In this document: positions 29,067 through 39,017 of the stretch, in pieces
Position numbering within the stretch: the first letter of the stretch is position 1
How the letters are laid out: every line of letters begins with the position of its first letter
The notes under the pieces: model-generated
The model's database searches: none
What the model was told of the DNA's origin: nothing
Seen by the model: the letters and a program-made list of their open reading frames with translations, nothing else
From: Ignavibacteriota bacterium
GTDB taxonomy: Bacteria; Bacteroidota; Ignavibacteria; UBA10030; UBA6906
Direction: 5' to 3'
DNA length: 64,000 nt
Assembly (NCBI GenBank): GCA_963801355.1
Contig: CAWDEM010000008.1
Span: 2,336,001-2,400,000 of the forward strand
Program-made: the position numbers and the translations under genes

Positions 29067-29095
29067 AAGATACCCAAAATCTGCGGCAGTATCAA
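29067..29095 (-). promoter_or_regulatory. Sigma70-type promoter of DUF2723-GT4
   Basis: TTGATA-N17-TATCTT on the minus strand. The -35 box overlaps the hemW stop. Confidence 0.6.
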
Positions 29096-30270
29096 GAAAT
29101 CATGAGCTGCGAGCAGATTTCATCGCAGAGGAGATACCCCTGCCGCGTCAGGCGGACGGTGCCGTCTCTCAGGACCGCATGCCCACACGCGAGAAGCTGA
29201 TCAATAAAGGCCCGTTGGCCGGCCGAAAACTCGTACCCCAGATCCGCTGCCAGATCCGGCAACGAAAGACCGTCGCTGCGTAAACCCAGGAAAATCCGTT
29301 CGTTTACCAGTTCCCGCGTGCCCAACTCCTCAGCCATCACCACCGGAGACTCTTCCCGCCCGAGAAGGTCACAGTACTCCCCCACCTGCCTGACATTGGC
29401 CCAGCGGCGTGCGCTTCCCGAGCAAGGGTCCGCCCAGAACGAATGTGCAGACGGCCCGAACCCGAGATAGTTGCAATGATGCCAGTAGCCCGCATTGTGC
29501 CGGCTGCGGCACCCGTTCCGGGCGTAGTTCGATACTTCATAGTGATCGTACCCGGCTTCTTCAAAGAGCTCCATCGTCACCGTGTACTGGGCGGCTTCTT
29601 CATCTTCGTCCACCGGCACGACCTCCCCCGCCTGCACCCGCTCCCACAACGGCGTCTGCTCCTCGACAATCAAGCTGTACGCAGACACATGCTCGGGGTT
29701 GAAGACAAGAGTTTCCTTCACCGTTTCCACCCATTGGCCACGCAGCTGACCGGGTACTGCGAAGATGAGATCCACACCGAGGTTTTCGAACCCCGCTGCG
29801 CGCGCATCACTCACACACGCACGGGCTTCCGCAGCGGAGTGTATCCTGCCCAGAAAGGAGAGAATGTGATCGTCAAACGACTGTACCCCGATGCTCAGCC
29901 GGTTGATCCCCAGCTGCCGCAGCAATCGCAGTGATTCACGCGTTGTGGTGCCCGGGTTCACTTCAATGGTCAGTTCGGCATCCGCGGCAATCTCGAAGTG
30001 CCCGCCGATCCCGGAGAGAATCCCCCCGATCTCCTCCTGGGTCAGCAACGACGGAGTGCCACCGCCGATATACACGGTGTCAACGATAGCAGCAGGAACC
30101 CGACGGGAAGCCCCGGCGATGTCTCTCTGCAGCGCCCAGAGGAAGCGATCTTTGTGCCCGGTCCCTTCGACCGAGGAGAAGTCACAATAGGGACACTTCC
30201 GCTCGCAGAATGGCACGTGCACATAGATGCCACAATGAGCCGGCACGTCCGGCAGCCGTCCGGGATTCAC
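29092..30270 (-). CDS. hemW: Radical SAM heme chaperone HemW
   Basis: YVHVPFCERKCPYCDF, GGGTPS, EVNP, RLSIGVQSF, YEVSNY and HNAGYW. Confidence 0.9.
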   Translation of the reverse strand: MNPGRLPDVPAHCGIYVHVPFCERKCPYCDFSSVEGTGHKDRFLWALQRDIAGASRRVPAAIVDTVYIGGGTPSLLTQEEIGGILSGIGGHFEIAADAELTIEVNPGTTTRESLRLLRQLGINRLSIGVQSFDDHILSFLGRIHSAAEARACVSDARAAGFENLGVDLIFAVPGQLRGQWVETVKETLVFNPEHVSAYSLIVEEQTPLWERVQAGEVVPVDEDEEAAQYTVTMELFEEAGYDHYEVSNYARNGCRSRHNAGYWHHCNYLGFGPSAHSFWADPCSGSARRWANVRQVGEYCDLLGREESPVVMAEELGTRELVNERIFLGLRSDGLSLPDLAADLGYEFSAGQRAFIDQLLACGHAVLRDGTVRLTRQGYLLCDEICSQLMIS

Positions 30271-30297
30271 GAAGCCGATTCCCTTTCGCCGCCGCCG

Positions 30298-31176
30298 TCA
30301 GTTGATAATCGTGCCGATGCGTGACAACCGTATGGTGGCGAGCTTTGTGAAAATGTTCGCGATGGATACATCAGGATCCCACGACCAGTAGACAATCATG
30401 GGAGTCCCCACGATGTTCTCTTCGGGTATGAATCCCCAGAACCGTCCATCCAGACTGTTATCCCGATTGTCGCCCATGCCGAACAGGTAGGACTGTTCGA
30501 CGGTGTAGTGGTCGACGGGGAGGCCGTCGACAAACACCTTGCCCGGCGCTTCCAGGCTGGCATGATGCCCCTCCCGTCCGATGAACACCCTCCATTGTGC
30601 GAAGCTCGATGCGTTCAGGGGGATCACATCGCCTTTCCGCGGAACCGCCATCGGGCCCCAGTTGTCTTCGTTGAATGGCGCGCCGGGCGGGAAGATACGG
30701 TCATCGGCAAGACCTGCCGGCTTCACATGAAACGCATTGAACTTCATGTGCCGCGGAATCGGGGCGGCTTTGCCGTTGATGTAGAGAACACGGTTGATGA
30801 CCTGCACCGTGTCACCGGCGAGAGCGACGGCACGCTTCAGATAGAACATGAACTCCGGTGAACGGATCTCATCCCTCTGTCCGGGGAATTCAAACACGAT
30901 GACATCACCGCGTTCGACGCTCCGGATCGCGGGAACGCGGAACCAGGGGAGGCGTACGTTGGTAAAGGGAATCGTGCGCGGCGTGGTACCGCCGTAGAGG
31001 AATTTGTTCACAAACAGAAAATCCCCGGCCATGATCTCGTTTTCCATCGAACCGGTCGGGACTTCAAACGAGGCAAGCACGAAGCTATTGAGAAAGAAGA
31101 AAGCGACAAGAACGAACACCACATCCTTGAAAAAATCCTTCACCGGATGCTTTTCGTGGGGGGCGGTGGTTGTCAT
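30298..31176 (-). CDS. lepB: Signal peptidase I
   Basis: VPTGSME (catalytic Ser), YLKR (catalytic Lys) and MGDNRDNSLDGRFWG. Confidence 0.95.
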   Translation of the reverse strand: MTTTAPHEKHPVKDFFKDVVFVLVAFFFLNSFVLASFEVPTGSMENEIMAGDFLFVNKFLYGGTTPRTIPFTNVRLPWFRVPAIRSVERGDVIVFEFPGQRDEIRSPEFMFYLKRAVALAGDTVQVINRVLYINGKAAPIPRHMKFNAFHVKPAGLADDRIFPPGAPFNEDNWGPMAVPRKGDVIPLNASSFAQWRVFIGREGHHASLEAPGKVFVDGLPVDHYTVEQSYLFGMGDNRDNSLDGRFWGFIPEENIVGTPMIVYWSWDPDVSIANIFTKLATIRLSRIGTIIN

Positions 31177-31182
31177 GGGGTT

Positions 31183-32982
31183 CTATTCATCCTCCATCGA
31201 TAAGACAGCAAGAAAGGCCTCCTGTGGTATCTCCACGCGGCCTACTTGTTTCATACGTCTCTTCCCCTCTTTCTGTTTCTCCAAAAGTTTACGTTTCCGG
31301 GTAATGTCGCCCCCGTAGCACTTCGCAAGGACGTTTTTGCGCATGGGCGAAATGGTTTCCCGGGCTATCACTTTAGACCCGATGGCAGCCTGGATAGCCA
31401 CCTCGAACATCTGCCGTGGGATCAGTTTCCGGAGCTTCACACACAATTTTTTCCCCCACTCGTGGGCTTTGTCACGGTGCACAATCGTCGAAAACGCGTC
31501 GATCGACTCGCCGTTCAAAAGTACGTCCAGTTTTACCAGGTCGGATTCCCGGAAGTCCAGGTATTCATAGTCAAATGACGCATACCCCCGGCTGGTGGAT
31601 TTCAACTTGTCGTAGAAGTCGAAGATGATTTCTGAGAGCGGCATTTCATATTGAAGATCCACGCGTGTGGGATCGAGATAGGTCGTATTCTTGTACACCC
31701 CGCGGCGATCCATGCACAGCTTCATGATGTTGCCGACATACTCCGTGGGGAGAATGATCTGGGCCCGGATGAACGGCTCCTCAACCTTCTCAATTTCCCC
31801 CAGCTCCGGCATATACGAAGGGTTGTCCACCAGGACGACATCGCCCTTTGTCGTCGTCACCCGGTACTCAACGTTGGGAACGGTGTTGATGATGTTCTGG
31901 TCATATTCCCGCTCGAGACGTTCCTGCACGATTTCCATGTGCAGCAGGCCCAGGAATCCGCACCGGAAACCGAAGCCGAGCGCCGTCGACGTCTCCGGTT
32001 CGTACACGAGCGAGGAATCGTTCAACTGAAGTTTCTCGATAGCCGCGCGCAGATCCTCGAAATCTTCCGCATTTGTCGGGTACATACCGCTGAACACCAT
32101 TGACTTGACCTCTTTGTAGCCGGGAACCGGCTCAGCGGCAGGACGCGCGGAATGGGTGATGGTGTCGCCCACCTTGGTGTCGTGCACATCCTTGATGCCG
32201 GCGATCAGGTAACCAACGTTTCCCGCCGAGAGCATGCCGGTGCGGTTCCGCTTCATCTCCAGAACCCCCACTTCCTCCGCCTCAAACACCCTCTCCTTAT
32301 GAAAGAAGACGACCTTCTCCCCTTCCTTGAGCGTGCCATCAACGACCCGCAGATAGACGATCGATCCCCGGTACGTGTCGAAAACGGAATCGAAGATGAG
32401 TGCCCGCAGCGGTGCCGCGGGATCCCCTTTGGGCGCGGGAATCCGTTTGACCACCGCCTCCAGGATTTCGTCCATGCCGATATCAGCCTTGGCACTCGCC
32501 AGGAGAATGTCTTCATCCCGGCATCCGATCAGGTCTTTGATCTGATGCCTGACGGTCTCGATCATCGCACTGGGCAGGTCGATCTTGTTGATCACGGGGA
32601 TGATCTCAAGACCGGCATCAATAGCCAGGTAGAGGTTACTGATCGTCTGGGCTTCCACTCCCTGGGAAGCATCCACAACCAGGATGGCGCCTTCACAGGC
32701 GACGAGTGACCGCGAGACCTCATAGGAGAAATCCACGTGCCCCGGAGTGTCGATCAGATTCAGCGTGTAGGTTGTCCCATCCTGGGCCCGGTAATGCATC
32801 TGCACCGCATGGAGCTTAATGGTGATGCCGCGCTCCTGCTCCAGCTCCATGTCATCGAGCACTTGATTGAATTTCATCTCCCGTGCGGTAATGGTGCCTG
32901 TTCGCTCCAGCAGCCGGTCCGCAATGGTCGATTTGCCGTGATCGATGTGGGCAATAATGCAGAAATTACGAAACTGTTCCAT
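31183..32982 (-). CDS. lepA: Elongation factor 4
   Basis: [30 protein letters not shown] and [18 protein letters not shown]. Start at MEQFRN. Confidence 0.98.
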   Translation of the reverse strand: MEQFRNFCIIAHIDHGKSTIADRLLERTGTITAREMKFNQVLDDMELEQERGITIKLHAVQMHYRAQDGTTYTLNLIDTPGHVDFSYEVSRSLVACEGAILVVDASQGVEAQTISNLYLAIDAGLEIIPVINKIDLPSAMIETVRHQIKDLIGCRDEDILLASAKADIGMDEILEAVVKRIPAPKGDPAAPLRALIFDSVFDTYRGSIVYLRVVDGTLKEGEKVVFFHKERVFEAEEVGVLEMKRNRTGMLSAGNVGYLIAGIKDVHDTKVGDTITHSARPAAEPVPGYKEVKSMVFSGMYPTNAEDFEDLRAAIEKLQLNDSSLVYEPETSTALGFGFRCGFLGLLHMEIVQERLEREYDQNIINTVPNVEYRVTTTKGDVVLVDNPSYMPELGEIEKVEEPFIRAQIILPTEYVGNIMKLCMDRRGVYKNTTYLDPTRVDLQYEMPLSEIIFDFYDKLKSTSRGYASFDYEYLDFRESDLVKLDVLLNGESIDAFSTIVHRDKAHEWGKKLCVKLRKLIPRQMFEVAIQAAIGSKVIARETISPMRKNVLAKCYGGDITRKRKLLEKQKEGKRRMKQVGRVEIPQEAFLAVLSMEDE

Positions 32983-32995
32983 AGCCCGCTGACTG

Positions 32996-33029
32996 AAAGA
33001 AAAAATCCGCCCCGCGGAATCGGGACGGA
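32996..33029 (-). terminator. Terminator-like hairpin in the lepA leader
   Basis: Minus strand TCCGTCCCG-attccg-CGGGGCGGA followed by TTTTTTCTTT. Confidence 0.55.
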
Positions 33030-33057
33030 ATTGCCGGGGACGAACGAGATTGTTCAG

Positions 33058-33119
33058 AATATACCATAATGGCCAATGACTTGCAATGCCTTGCTCTTCG
33101 CGGCCGGGGTTCGTATCTT
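33058..33119. promoter_or_regulatory. Back-to-back sigma70-type promoters (lepA and HAD gene)
   Basis: Minus: TTGCAA(33086-81)-N17-TATATT(33063-58) with extended TG. Plus: TTGCTC(33091-96)-N17-TATCTT(33114-19). Confidence 0.6.
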
Positions 33120-33125
33120 TATCTG

Positions 33126-34037
33126 ATGGACAGTACATCACTCCCGCAGCACGTCTTGGACGCTTTTCTCGATCGCCATGCCTCCCGCAATGGGTCAGCG
33201 CGCCCCCTTGCAGTTTTCGATTGTGACGGCACCCTTATCAAGGGGGATATCGGCGAATCGATGTTCTATCGACAAATCGAGCACTTTGCCTTCCGCGTAT
33301 CACCGGCGGAAGTGTGGCCCGACCACCCCCAACGCGCCGAACTCGACAGAACATTTAACATATTGGCCGCCACACCGGCAGGTGCCCGCCGCACCCATGC
33401 GGCGTTCGACCTCTTCTCCCGTCTGCTGGTCACCCGGTACTTCGACCAGCTGGCCGCAGGTACGATTGCCAAGGCGTGCACCGAGATCGTACAACTGTTC
33501 GCCGGATTCACTCTGGAAGAGGTCCATGCATTTGCGGAAGCGACATTCGCGGAAGAGTTGGCTATGCCGTTGAGCCAGACCTCGCTCGGCGGACGATCAC
33601 TGCCCCGGGGGGCCCGTTTCCTCCGCGAAAGCGCGGACCTTCTGCACACCCTGCAAGAACACGGCTTTGATATTTTCTCCGTCTCGGGCAGCAGCAAATG
33701 GAGCGTCGAACCGGTCCTCGCGTACCTCGACGTCCCCGCTGACCGGGTTATCGGAATCGATTTGCGGCTGGAGGATGGTATCCTCTCTACGGAGCCACAA
33801 CGGCCGATCCCCATCCACGGGGGCAAAGTGGAGGCCCTTCGCCGCTTCGATCACCGGCCACCGGTGCTCGTCGCCAGCGACTCGCGGCATGACATCCCGC
33901 TCCTCCTGGCATCAACGGATCTGCGGGTCTATGTAAATTCCCACGGACGCAAGACGGAAGATTTCTTCGCTCTTGGAAAGATCGACCGGGATGGCACGTG
34001 GGTGGTGTTCGAGAATCCAACGGTGATGCCACACTGA
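33126..34037 (+). CDS. HAD-superfamily hydrolase (phosphoserine phosphatase-like)
   Basis: Motif [10 protein letters not shown], motif II VSGS, motif III GK and motif IV variant ASDSRHD. Confidence 0.8.
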   Translation: MDSTSLPQHVLDAFLDRHASRNGSARPLAVFDCDGTLIKGDIGESMFYRQIEHFAFRVSPAEVWPDHPQRAELDRTFNILAATPAGARRTHAAFDLFSRLLVTRYFDQLAAGTIAKACTEIVQLFAGFTLEEVHAFAEATFAEELAMPLSQTSLGGRSLPRGARFLRESADLLHTLQEHGFDIFSVSGSSKWSVEPVLAYLDVPADRVIGIDLRLEDGILSTEPQRPIPIHGGKVEALRRFDHRPPVLVASDSRHDIPLLLASTDLRVYVNSHGRKTEDFFALGKIDRDGTWVVFENPTVMPH

Positions 34038-34085
34038 CGTTGTACCGATGGGCCCGCAATCCCCAAAGAACAGGACTTGATTCCT

Positions 34086-35204
34086 ATGGCTGATGTTGCA
34101 GTGACCGTCATTGGCGGAGGCGTCGTCGGACTGGCCATCGCCGCCGAACTTGCACCCCGTTGTTCCCCTCTTTTCGTTCTCGAACGCAACCCGAAATACG
34201 GTCAAGAAACCTCATCCCGGAACAGCGAGGTCATCCACGCGGGCATCTATTACGCTCCGGGCTCTCTCAAAGCGAGGCTGTGCGTCGAAGGCCGCGAGAT
34301 GCTCTACCGCCTCTGTGAGGCTCATGACATTCCCCATCGCCGGATCACCAAGATCATTACCGCCACAAAGCCGGAAGAAGAACCCGAACTCGAACGGCTG
34401 CACAAGGTCGGAACCGGAAATGGCGCCCCGCTGGAATTCCTCTCGGCTGCCCGGGTGCATGCCCTGGAACCGCATGTTACCACCGTCGGCGGCCTCCTTT
34501 CGCCGTCCACGGGCATCATCAGCGCTCATGGTCTCATGGACTTCTACCATCATACCGCCCGGCACCATGGCGCTGAAGTGCAGCTGCGCTGCAGGGTGGT
34601 GGGACTCGAACGCCAGTCCGATGGGTACTCCGTCACCATCGAAGAAGATGGGCAGCGTTCATCGTTTTCGTCCGAATGGGTGATCAACGCGGCCGGACTC
34701 GAATGCGATACCATCGCGGCACTCGCCGGAATCGACGTCGAGAACGCAGGCTACAGGCTCCATTACTGCAAAGGATCCTACTTCGCACTTCCCGGATCGA
34801 TGAATGGACTGGCATCCCGGCTTGTCTACCCGGTCCCGACGAAACACTCACTGGGTGTCCATGTGGTGATCGACCTTGGCGGACGACTCAAATTCGGTCC
34901 CGATGCGGAGTACCTTCCCGACCGTGAACTCAACTACGACGTGGATCCGTCTAAACGGCATGCCTTTGCGGAGTCTGTCCGCCGCATCCTTCCCTCTGTG
35001 AAAGACGAGGATCTCACCCCGGATATGAGCGGGATCCGTCCCAAAACCCAGGCCCCGGGAGATCCTGCCCGTGATTTCATCATTGCGCACGAAACTGACC
35101 GCGGCCTCCCCGGTCTCATCAACCTCATAGGGATGGAATCCCCGGCTCTCACAGCCTCACCCGCGATCGCGAAGTACGTCGCAGACCTCGTGAAAAGCGC
35201 GTGA
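34086..35204 (+). CDS. FAD-dependent oxidoreductase, L-2-hydroxyglutarate oxidase (LhgO)-like
   Basis: IGGGVVG, ETSSRNSEVIHAGIYY, INAAGL, GIRPK and GMESPALTAS. Confidence 0.85.
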   Translation: MADVAVTVIGGGVVGLAIAAELAPRCSPLFVLERNPKYGQETSSRNSEVIHAGIYYAPGSLKARLCVEGREMLYRLCEAHDIPHRRITKIITATKPEEEPELERLHKVGTGNGAPLEFLSAARVHALEPHVTTVGGLLSPSTGIISAHGLMDFYHHTARHHGAEVQLRCRVVGLERQSDGYSVTIEEDGQRSSFSSEWVINAAGLECDTIAALAGIDVENAGYRLHYCKGSYFALPGSMNGLASRLVYPVPTKHSLGVHVVIDLGGRLKFGPDAEYLPDRELNYDVDPSKRHAFAESVRRILPSVKDEDLTPDMSGIRPKTQAPGDPARDFIIAHETDRGLPGLINLIGMESPALTASPAIAKYVADLVKSA

Positions 35205-35242
35205 ATTTTCTTCCTTCGTTCCACAATAAGAGGGTTCGCTTC

Positions 35243-37618
35243 ATGAGCATTTCCCGACTCCTCGTGCACTGTTTTGCCCTTGTCGCGGCGACATCCGCAG
35301 CAGCAGCGGTCCACACCGGCGGAAAATCTCCCCAGGTCCTTGCCCCTGCAATTGTGCCTCAACCCCTGCAGGTGAATATCCTCCCCGGCTCGTTCACGCT
35401 CAACAGCAGAACGGTGCTCGCGTACTCCACGGATGACCCCGGACTTCTCCCCTGTGTCACGGCACTGGCCGGCGCTCTCCGTCATTCCACGGGATTCCCC
35501 TTGCCCATCCGGGACGCGCGACAGATGCCTTCAACCAATGCCATCGTTGTTTCGCTGATCGGCGCCGATACGCTCGGGACGGAGGGGTACCGGCTCTCAG
35601 TGCAGAAGGATATCATTGGCATACACGCCCGGACAGCCCACGGTGCCTTCTACGGTGCGCAAACCCTTCTGCAGCTCTTCCCTCCGGCGATATTCTCCGG
35701 GCGGCCGGTGCGGAAGGTAACATGGACGGCCCCCTGCGCGCTGATCGTGGATACGCCACGCTATACCTGGCGTGGCATGCACATGGATGTCTCGCGGCAT
35801 TTCTTTCCCAAGGAGTCCGTGAAACGGTTCATCGACTACCTCGCAATGCACAAGATGAACACGTTCCACTGGCACCTCACCGACGACCAGGGGTGGCGGA
35901 TCCAGATCAAGCAGTATCCGGAACTGACGGACATCGGCGCGTGGCGTGTGGATCACGAAGAGCTTCACTGGAATGCACGTCCCCCGCAGCAGCCCGGCGA
36001 ACGGGCGACCTACGGCGGGTTCTATACGCAAGAAGAGATCCGTGAGGTCGTGAAATACGCTGCCGAGCGGTTCATCACGGTTGTCCCTGAAATTGAGATG
36101 CCGGCACATACCACCGCGATCATCGCCGCCTTTCCCCAGTACTCATGCACGGGCGGACCTTTCACGCTGCCTCCCGGGGGGATCTGGCCACTCACGGATA
36201 TTCTGTGCGCCGGGAATGACAGTACGTTCGTTTTTGTCGAGAATGTCCTAAAGGAAGTCGTGGACCTCTTCCCCGGTCAGTACGTGCACATCGGAGGGGA
36301 TGAAGCACTCAAAACTGAATGGAAGCGGTGCCCGAAGTGCCAGGCACGCATACGCGATGAAAAGCTCGCCGATGAAGATGAGCTGCAATCCTACTTCATC
36401 AAACGCGTGGAGAAGATCCTCACACGTCTGAACCGTCGGCTGATCGGATGGGACGAGATCATCGAAGGGGGCCTTGCGCCGGAAGCAAGTGTGATGTCGT
36501 GGCGCGGAATGAAGGGCGGCATCGCTGCAGCCCGCTCCGGACATGATGTCGTCATGACGCCCACATCCCACTGCTATTTTGACTACTATCAGGCCGATCA
36601 ACGCTGGGAGCCGCTGGCCATCGGCGCCCTGATCCCCATTTCGAAAGTCTATGCGTATGAGCCGACACCGGACAGTCTGACGCCCGCGGAGGCGCGCCAT
36701 ATTCTCGGCACGCAGGCGAATCTCTGGTCGGAGTACATACCCGACATGGCCACTCTGGAGTACATGGCGTTTCCGCGCATCGCCGCGATCGCAGAAGTTG
36801 CATGGAGCGCACGGGAGCGCCGTTCCTGGCCGGATTTCCTGGAGCGATTGAAACGGCAGACGCAACGCTACGATGCGCTTTCCATCAATGTCGCCCGCAG
36901 TATGTTCGCAGTAGCCATCCGCGACTCCATAGACATCGGGGCGCATCAGGCCATCGTCAGCCTTCAGACAGAATCCGGTTCGGGGGAGATCCGTTACACT
37001 CTCGACGGCAAGCGCCCCACCGCCAGGTCCTTGAAGTACGCAGCTCCCATCACGTTGTCCGCCAGCGCAACAGTGGCCGCCGGAGCCTTCGAAGGCACGC
37101 GTCTGCTGGCTCCGGTGACGGCTTTGCGCGTGTGGGTGCCCCGGCACCCCATCGTCGCCCTCACGTGTGAAACCCCGCTCGACAGTGTGTACGCCCGGCG
37201 CGGCACGGAGGCGCTCTTCAACAACCGGCGCGGCGGTCCGACCCGTGACGACGCGTTCGAATGGAGAGGGGCAAGCGGCAAGGATATGCGCATCGTCCTT
37301 GATCTTGGGGCAACAGTCACCGTTGCGCGGGTCACAATCGGATTCCTGCACCAGTCCGGCGGCTCGGTATTTCTTCCTCCCCGCGTGGACGTCGAAGTGT
37401 CCGGGGACGGAAAGACATTCACACACGCGGGAAGTGCTTCAGGCGCCACGCTGCAGAAGGAACCCAGACCGTACGTGAAGGATTATACAATTTCTTTGAA
37501 GAAGGCCAGGACCCGTTATCTCCGGATGATGGTACGGAATCCGGGGCCGTTGCCGCCGTGGCATAAGGGCGCAGGATCCCCGACTCTCCTGCTCACCGAC
37601 GAAATTATCGTTGAGTAG
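35243..37618 (+). CDS. Beta-N-acetylhexosaminidase (GH20) with C-terminal accessory domains
   Basis: Signal peptide, RGMHMDVSRHFF, HWHLTDDQGWR and catalytic HIGGDE. IRYTLDG and DLG...RY motifs indicate Fn3-associated and F5/8-like domains. Confidence 0.93.
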   Translation: MSISRLLVHCFALVAATSAAAAVHTGGKSPQVLAPAIVPQPLQVNILPGSFTLNSRTVLAYSTDDPGLLPCVTALAGALRHSTGFPLPIRDARQMPSTNAIVVSLIGADTLGTEGYRLSVQKDIIGIHARTAHGAFYGAQTLLQLFPPAIFSGRPVRKVTWTAPCALIVDTPRYTWRGMHMDVSRHFFPKESVKRFIDYLAMHKMNTFHWHLTDDQGWRIQIKQYPELTDIGAWRVDHEELHWNARPPQQPGERATYGGFYTQEEIREVVKYAAERFITVVPEIEMPAHTTAIIAAFPQYSCTGGPFTLPPGGIWPLTDILCAGNDSTFVFVENVLKEVVDLFPGQYVHIGGDEALKTEWKRCPKCQARIRDEKLADEDELQSYFIKRVEKILTRLNRRLIGWDEIIEGGLAPEASVMSWRGMKGGIAAARSGHDVVMTPTSHCYFDYYQADQRWEPLAIGALIPISKVYAYEPTPDSLTPAEARHILGTQANLWSEYIPDMATLEYMAFPRIAAIAEVAWSARERRSWPDFLERLKRQTQRYDALSINVARSMFAVAIRDSIDIGAHQAIVSLQTESGSGEIRYTLDGKRPTARSLKYAAPITLSASATVAAGAFEGTRLLAPVTALRVWVPRHPIVALTCETPLDSVYARRGTEALFNNRRGGPTRDDAFEWRGASGKDMRIVLDLGATVTVARVTIGFLHQSGGSVFLPPRVDVEVSGDGKTFTHAGSASGATLQKEPRPYVKDYTISLKKARTRYLRMMVRNPGPLPPWHKGAGSPTLLLTDEIIVE

Positions 37619-37704
37619 AAGGAGCACCGGATTTTGTCCCGGATTCTGTTTATCATTTGTCCACCGATCACCCAGAGGCTCAACACGTTCGCAAAGGAAT
37701 CCCC

Positions 37705-38958
37705 ATGAAGGAATCGGCGCTTGACCGGTTCATCCGGTATGCAAAGATCGACACGCAGTCGCAAGACGATGCACCCACTTATCCCAGTACAGCAAAACAA
37801 CTGGATCTGCTGAACCTGCTTGTCCGGGAGTTGCACGATATGGGGATCCAGGATGCTGCGATCGACGAGCACGGTTATGTGATGGCAACGTTGAAGGAAA
37901 ACCTGCCGGCGGGGCACCCCGCGGCGGGCAAAGTCCCGACGATCGGCCTCATCGCCCATGTCGACACCTCGCCGTCAGCGAGCGGTGCAGGAGTGTCTCC
38001 CCGGGTGATCACGTACACCGGAGGGGACATTGTTCTTCCCGGCAACACCCAGGTGGTCATCCGTGCCGATGAAAACCCGGATCTCGCCGAGAATATCGGG
38101 AAGCGCATTGTCACCGCCGACGGCACGACGCTGCTCGGAGCGGATGACAAGGCGGGTGTAGCAATCATCATGACCGCAGTGGAGCGATTGCTGGCAGACC
38201 CCGCCCTGCCCCACGGCCCCGTCAGAATCGGGTTCACACCGGACGAGGAAGTCGGCAACGGGACGAAATTCTTTGACCTGAAGAAATTCGGTGCCTCGGC
38301 AGCGTACACCCTCGACGGCGATTCCGTCGGCGAGCTCAACAAGGAGACCTTCAGCGCGAATTCCGCCGTTATCACCGTTTACGGCCGCAATATCCACCCC
38401 GGGTCCGCCAAGGGGATCATGGTGAACTCTCTCCGGGCCATGGCAGATATCATTGTCCGCCTTCCGCGGCACATGGCACCGGAGACCACCGAAGGCTATG
38501 AGCCGTACATCCATCCGCACCAGATGGAAGGCGAGGAGGCAAAAACGGTGCTCAGACTGTTGTTGCGCGATTTCAATACTGCCGGACTGCAGCTGCAGGA
38601 GGAACTCCTGCGCCGCATCATCGCCGAGGTAGAGCCCCTGCACCCCAAAGCCCGTATTGAACTGATCATCAAGGAGTCGTATCGCAATATGCGCGACGGA
38701 CTGGAGAAGGACCCCCGCGTGCTGGAGTGTCTCTGGGAAGCAACGCGGCGTGCCGGACTTGAACCCCGATGGGTTCCCATCCGGGGAGGAACAGACGGCT
38801 CCCGGCTTACCGAGGCCGGCTTGCCGACGCCGAACATTTTCACGGGGGGACACAACTTTCATGGCCCCACGGAGTGGCTTGCGGTGGAAGGTATGGAAAA
38901 ATCCATCCAGACAGTGGTGCACCTCGCCCAGGTGTGGGTGCACAAGACGGGCGCGTAG
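37705..38958 (+). CDS. pepT: Peptidase T
   Basis: AHVDTS, LLGADDKAG, FTPDEE, AYTLDG, IRGGTDG and PNIFTG. AAGGA RBS. Confidence 0.95.
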   Translation: MKESALDRFIRYAKIDTQSQDDAPTYPSTAKQLDLLNLLVRELHDMGIQDAAIDEHGYVMATLKENLPAGHPAAGKVPTIGLIAHVDTSPSASGAGVSPRVITYTGGDIVLPGNTQVVIRADENPDLAENIGKRIVTADGTTLLGADDKAGVAIIMTAVERLLADPALPHGPVRIGFTPDEEVGNGTKFFDLKKFGASAAYTLDGDSVGELNKETFSANSAVITVYGRNIHPGSAKGIMVNSLRAMADIIVRLPRHMAPETTEGYEPYIHPHQMEGEEAKTVLRLLLRDFNTAGLQLQEELLRRIIAEVEPLHPKARIELIIKESYRNMRDGLEKDPRVLECLWEATRRAGLEPRWVPIRGGTDGSRLTEAGLPTPNIFTGGHNFHGPTEWLAVEGMEKSIQTVVHLAQVWVHKTGA

Positions 38959-39017
38959 CTGAACGTTGTGCCGTTCGGTATCACAGAATGACCGCAGAGA
39001 AACACTCAGGAGAATCC

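Noticed and set aside
32983-33141. 53-aa N-terminal extension of LepA
   Set aside because: It covers the divergent promoters. Conserved LepA sequence begins at MEQFRNF (32982).
36248-37426. 392-aa minus-strand ORF
   Set aside because: Antisense shadow of the GH20 gene.
38769-39017. 83-aa N-terminal extension of the OPT transporter
   Set aside because: It overlaps the pepT 3' end. The RBS supports the ATG at 39018.
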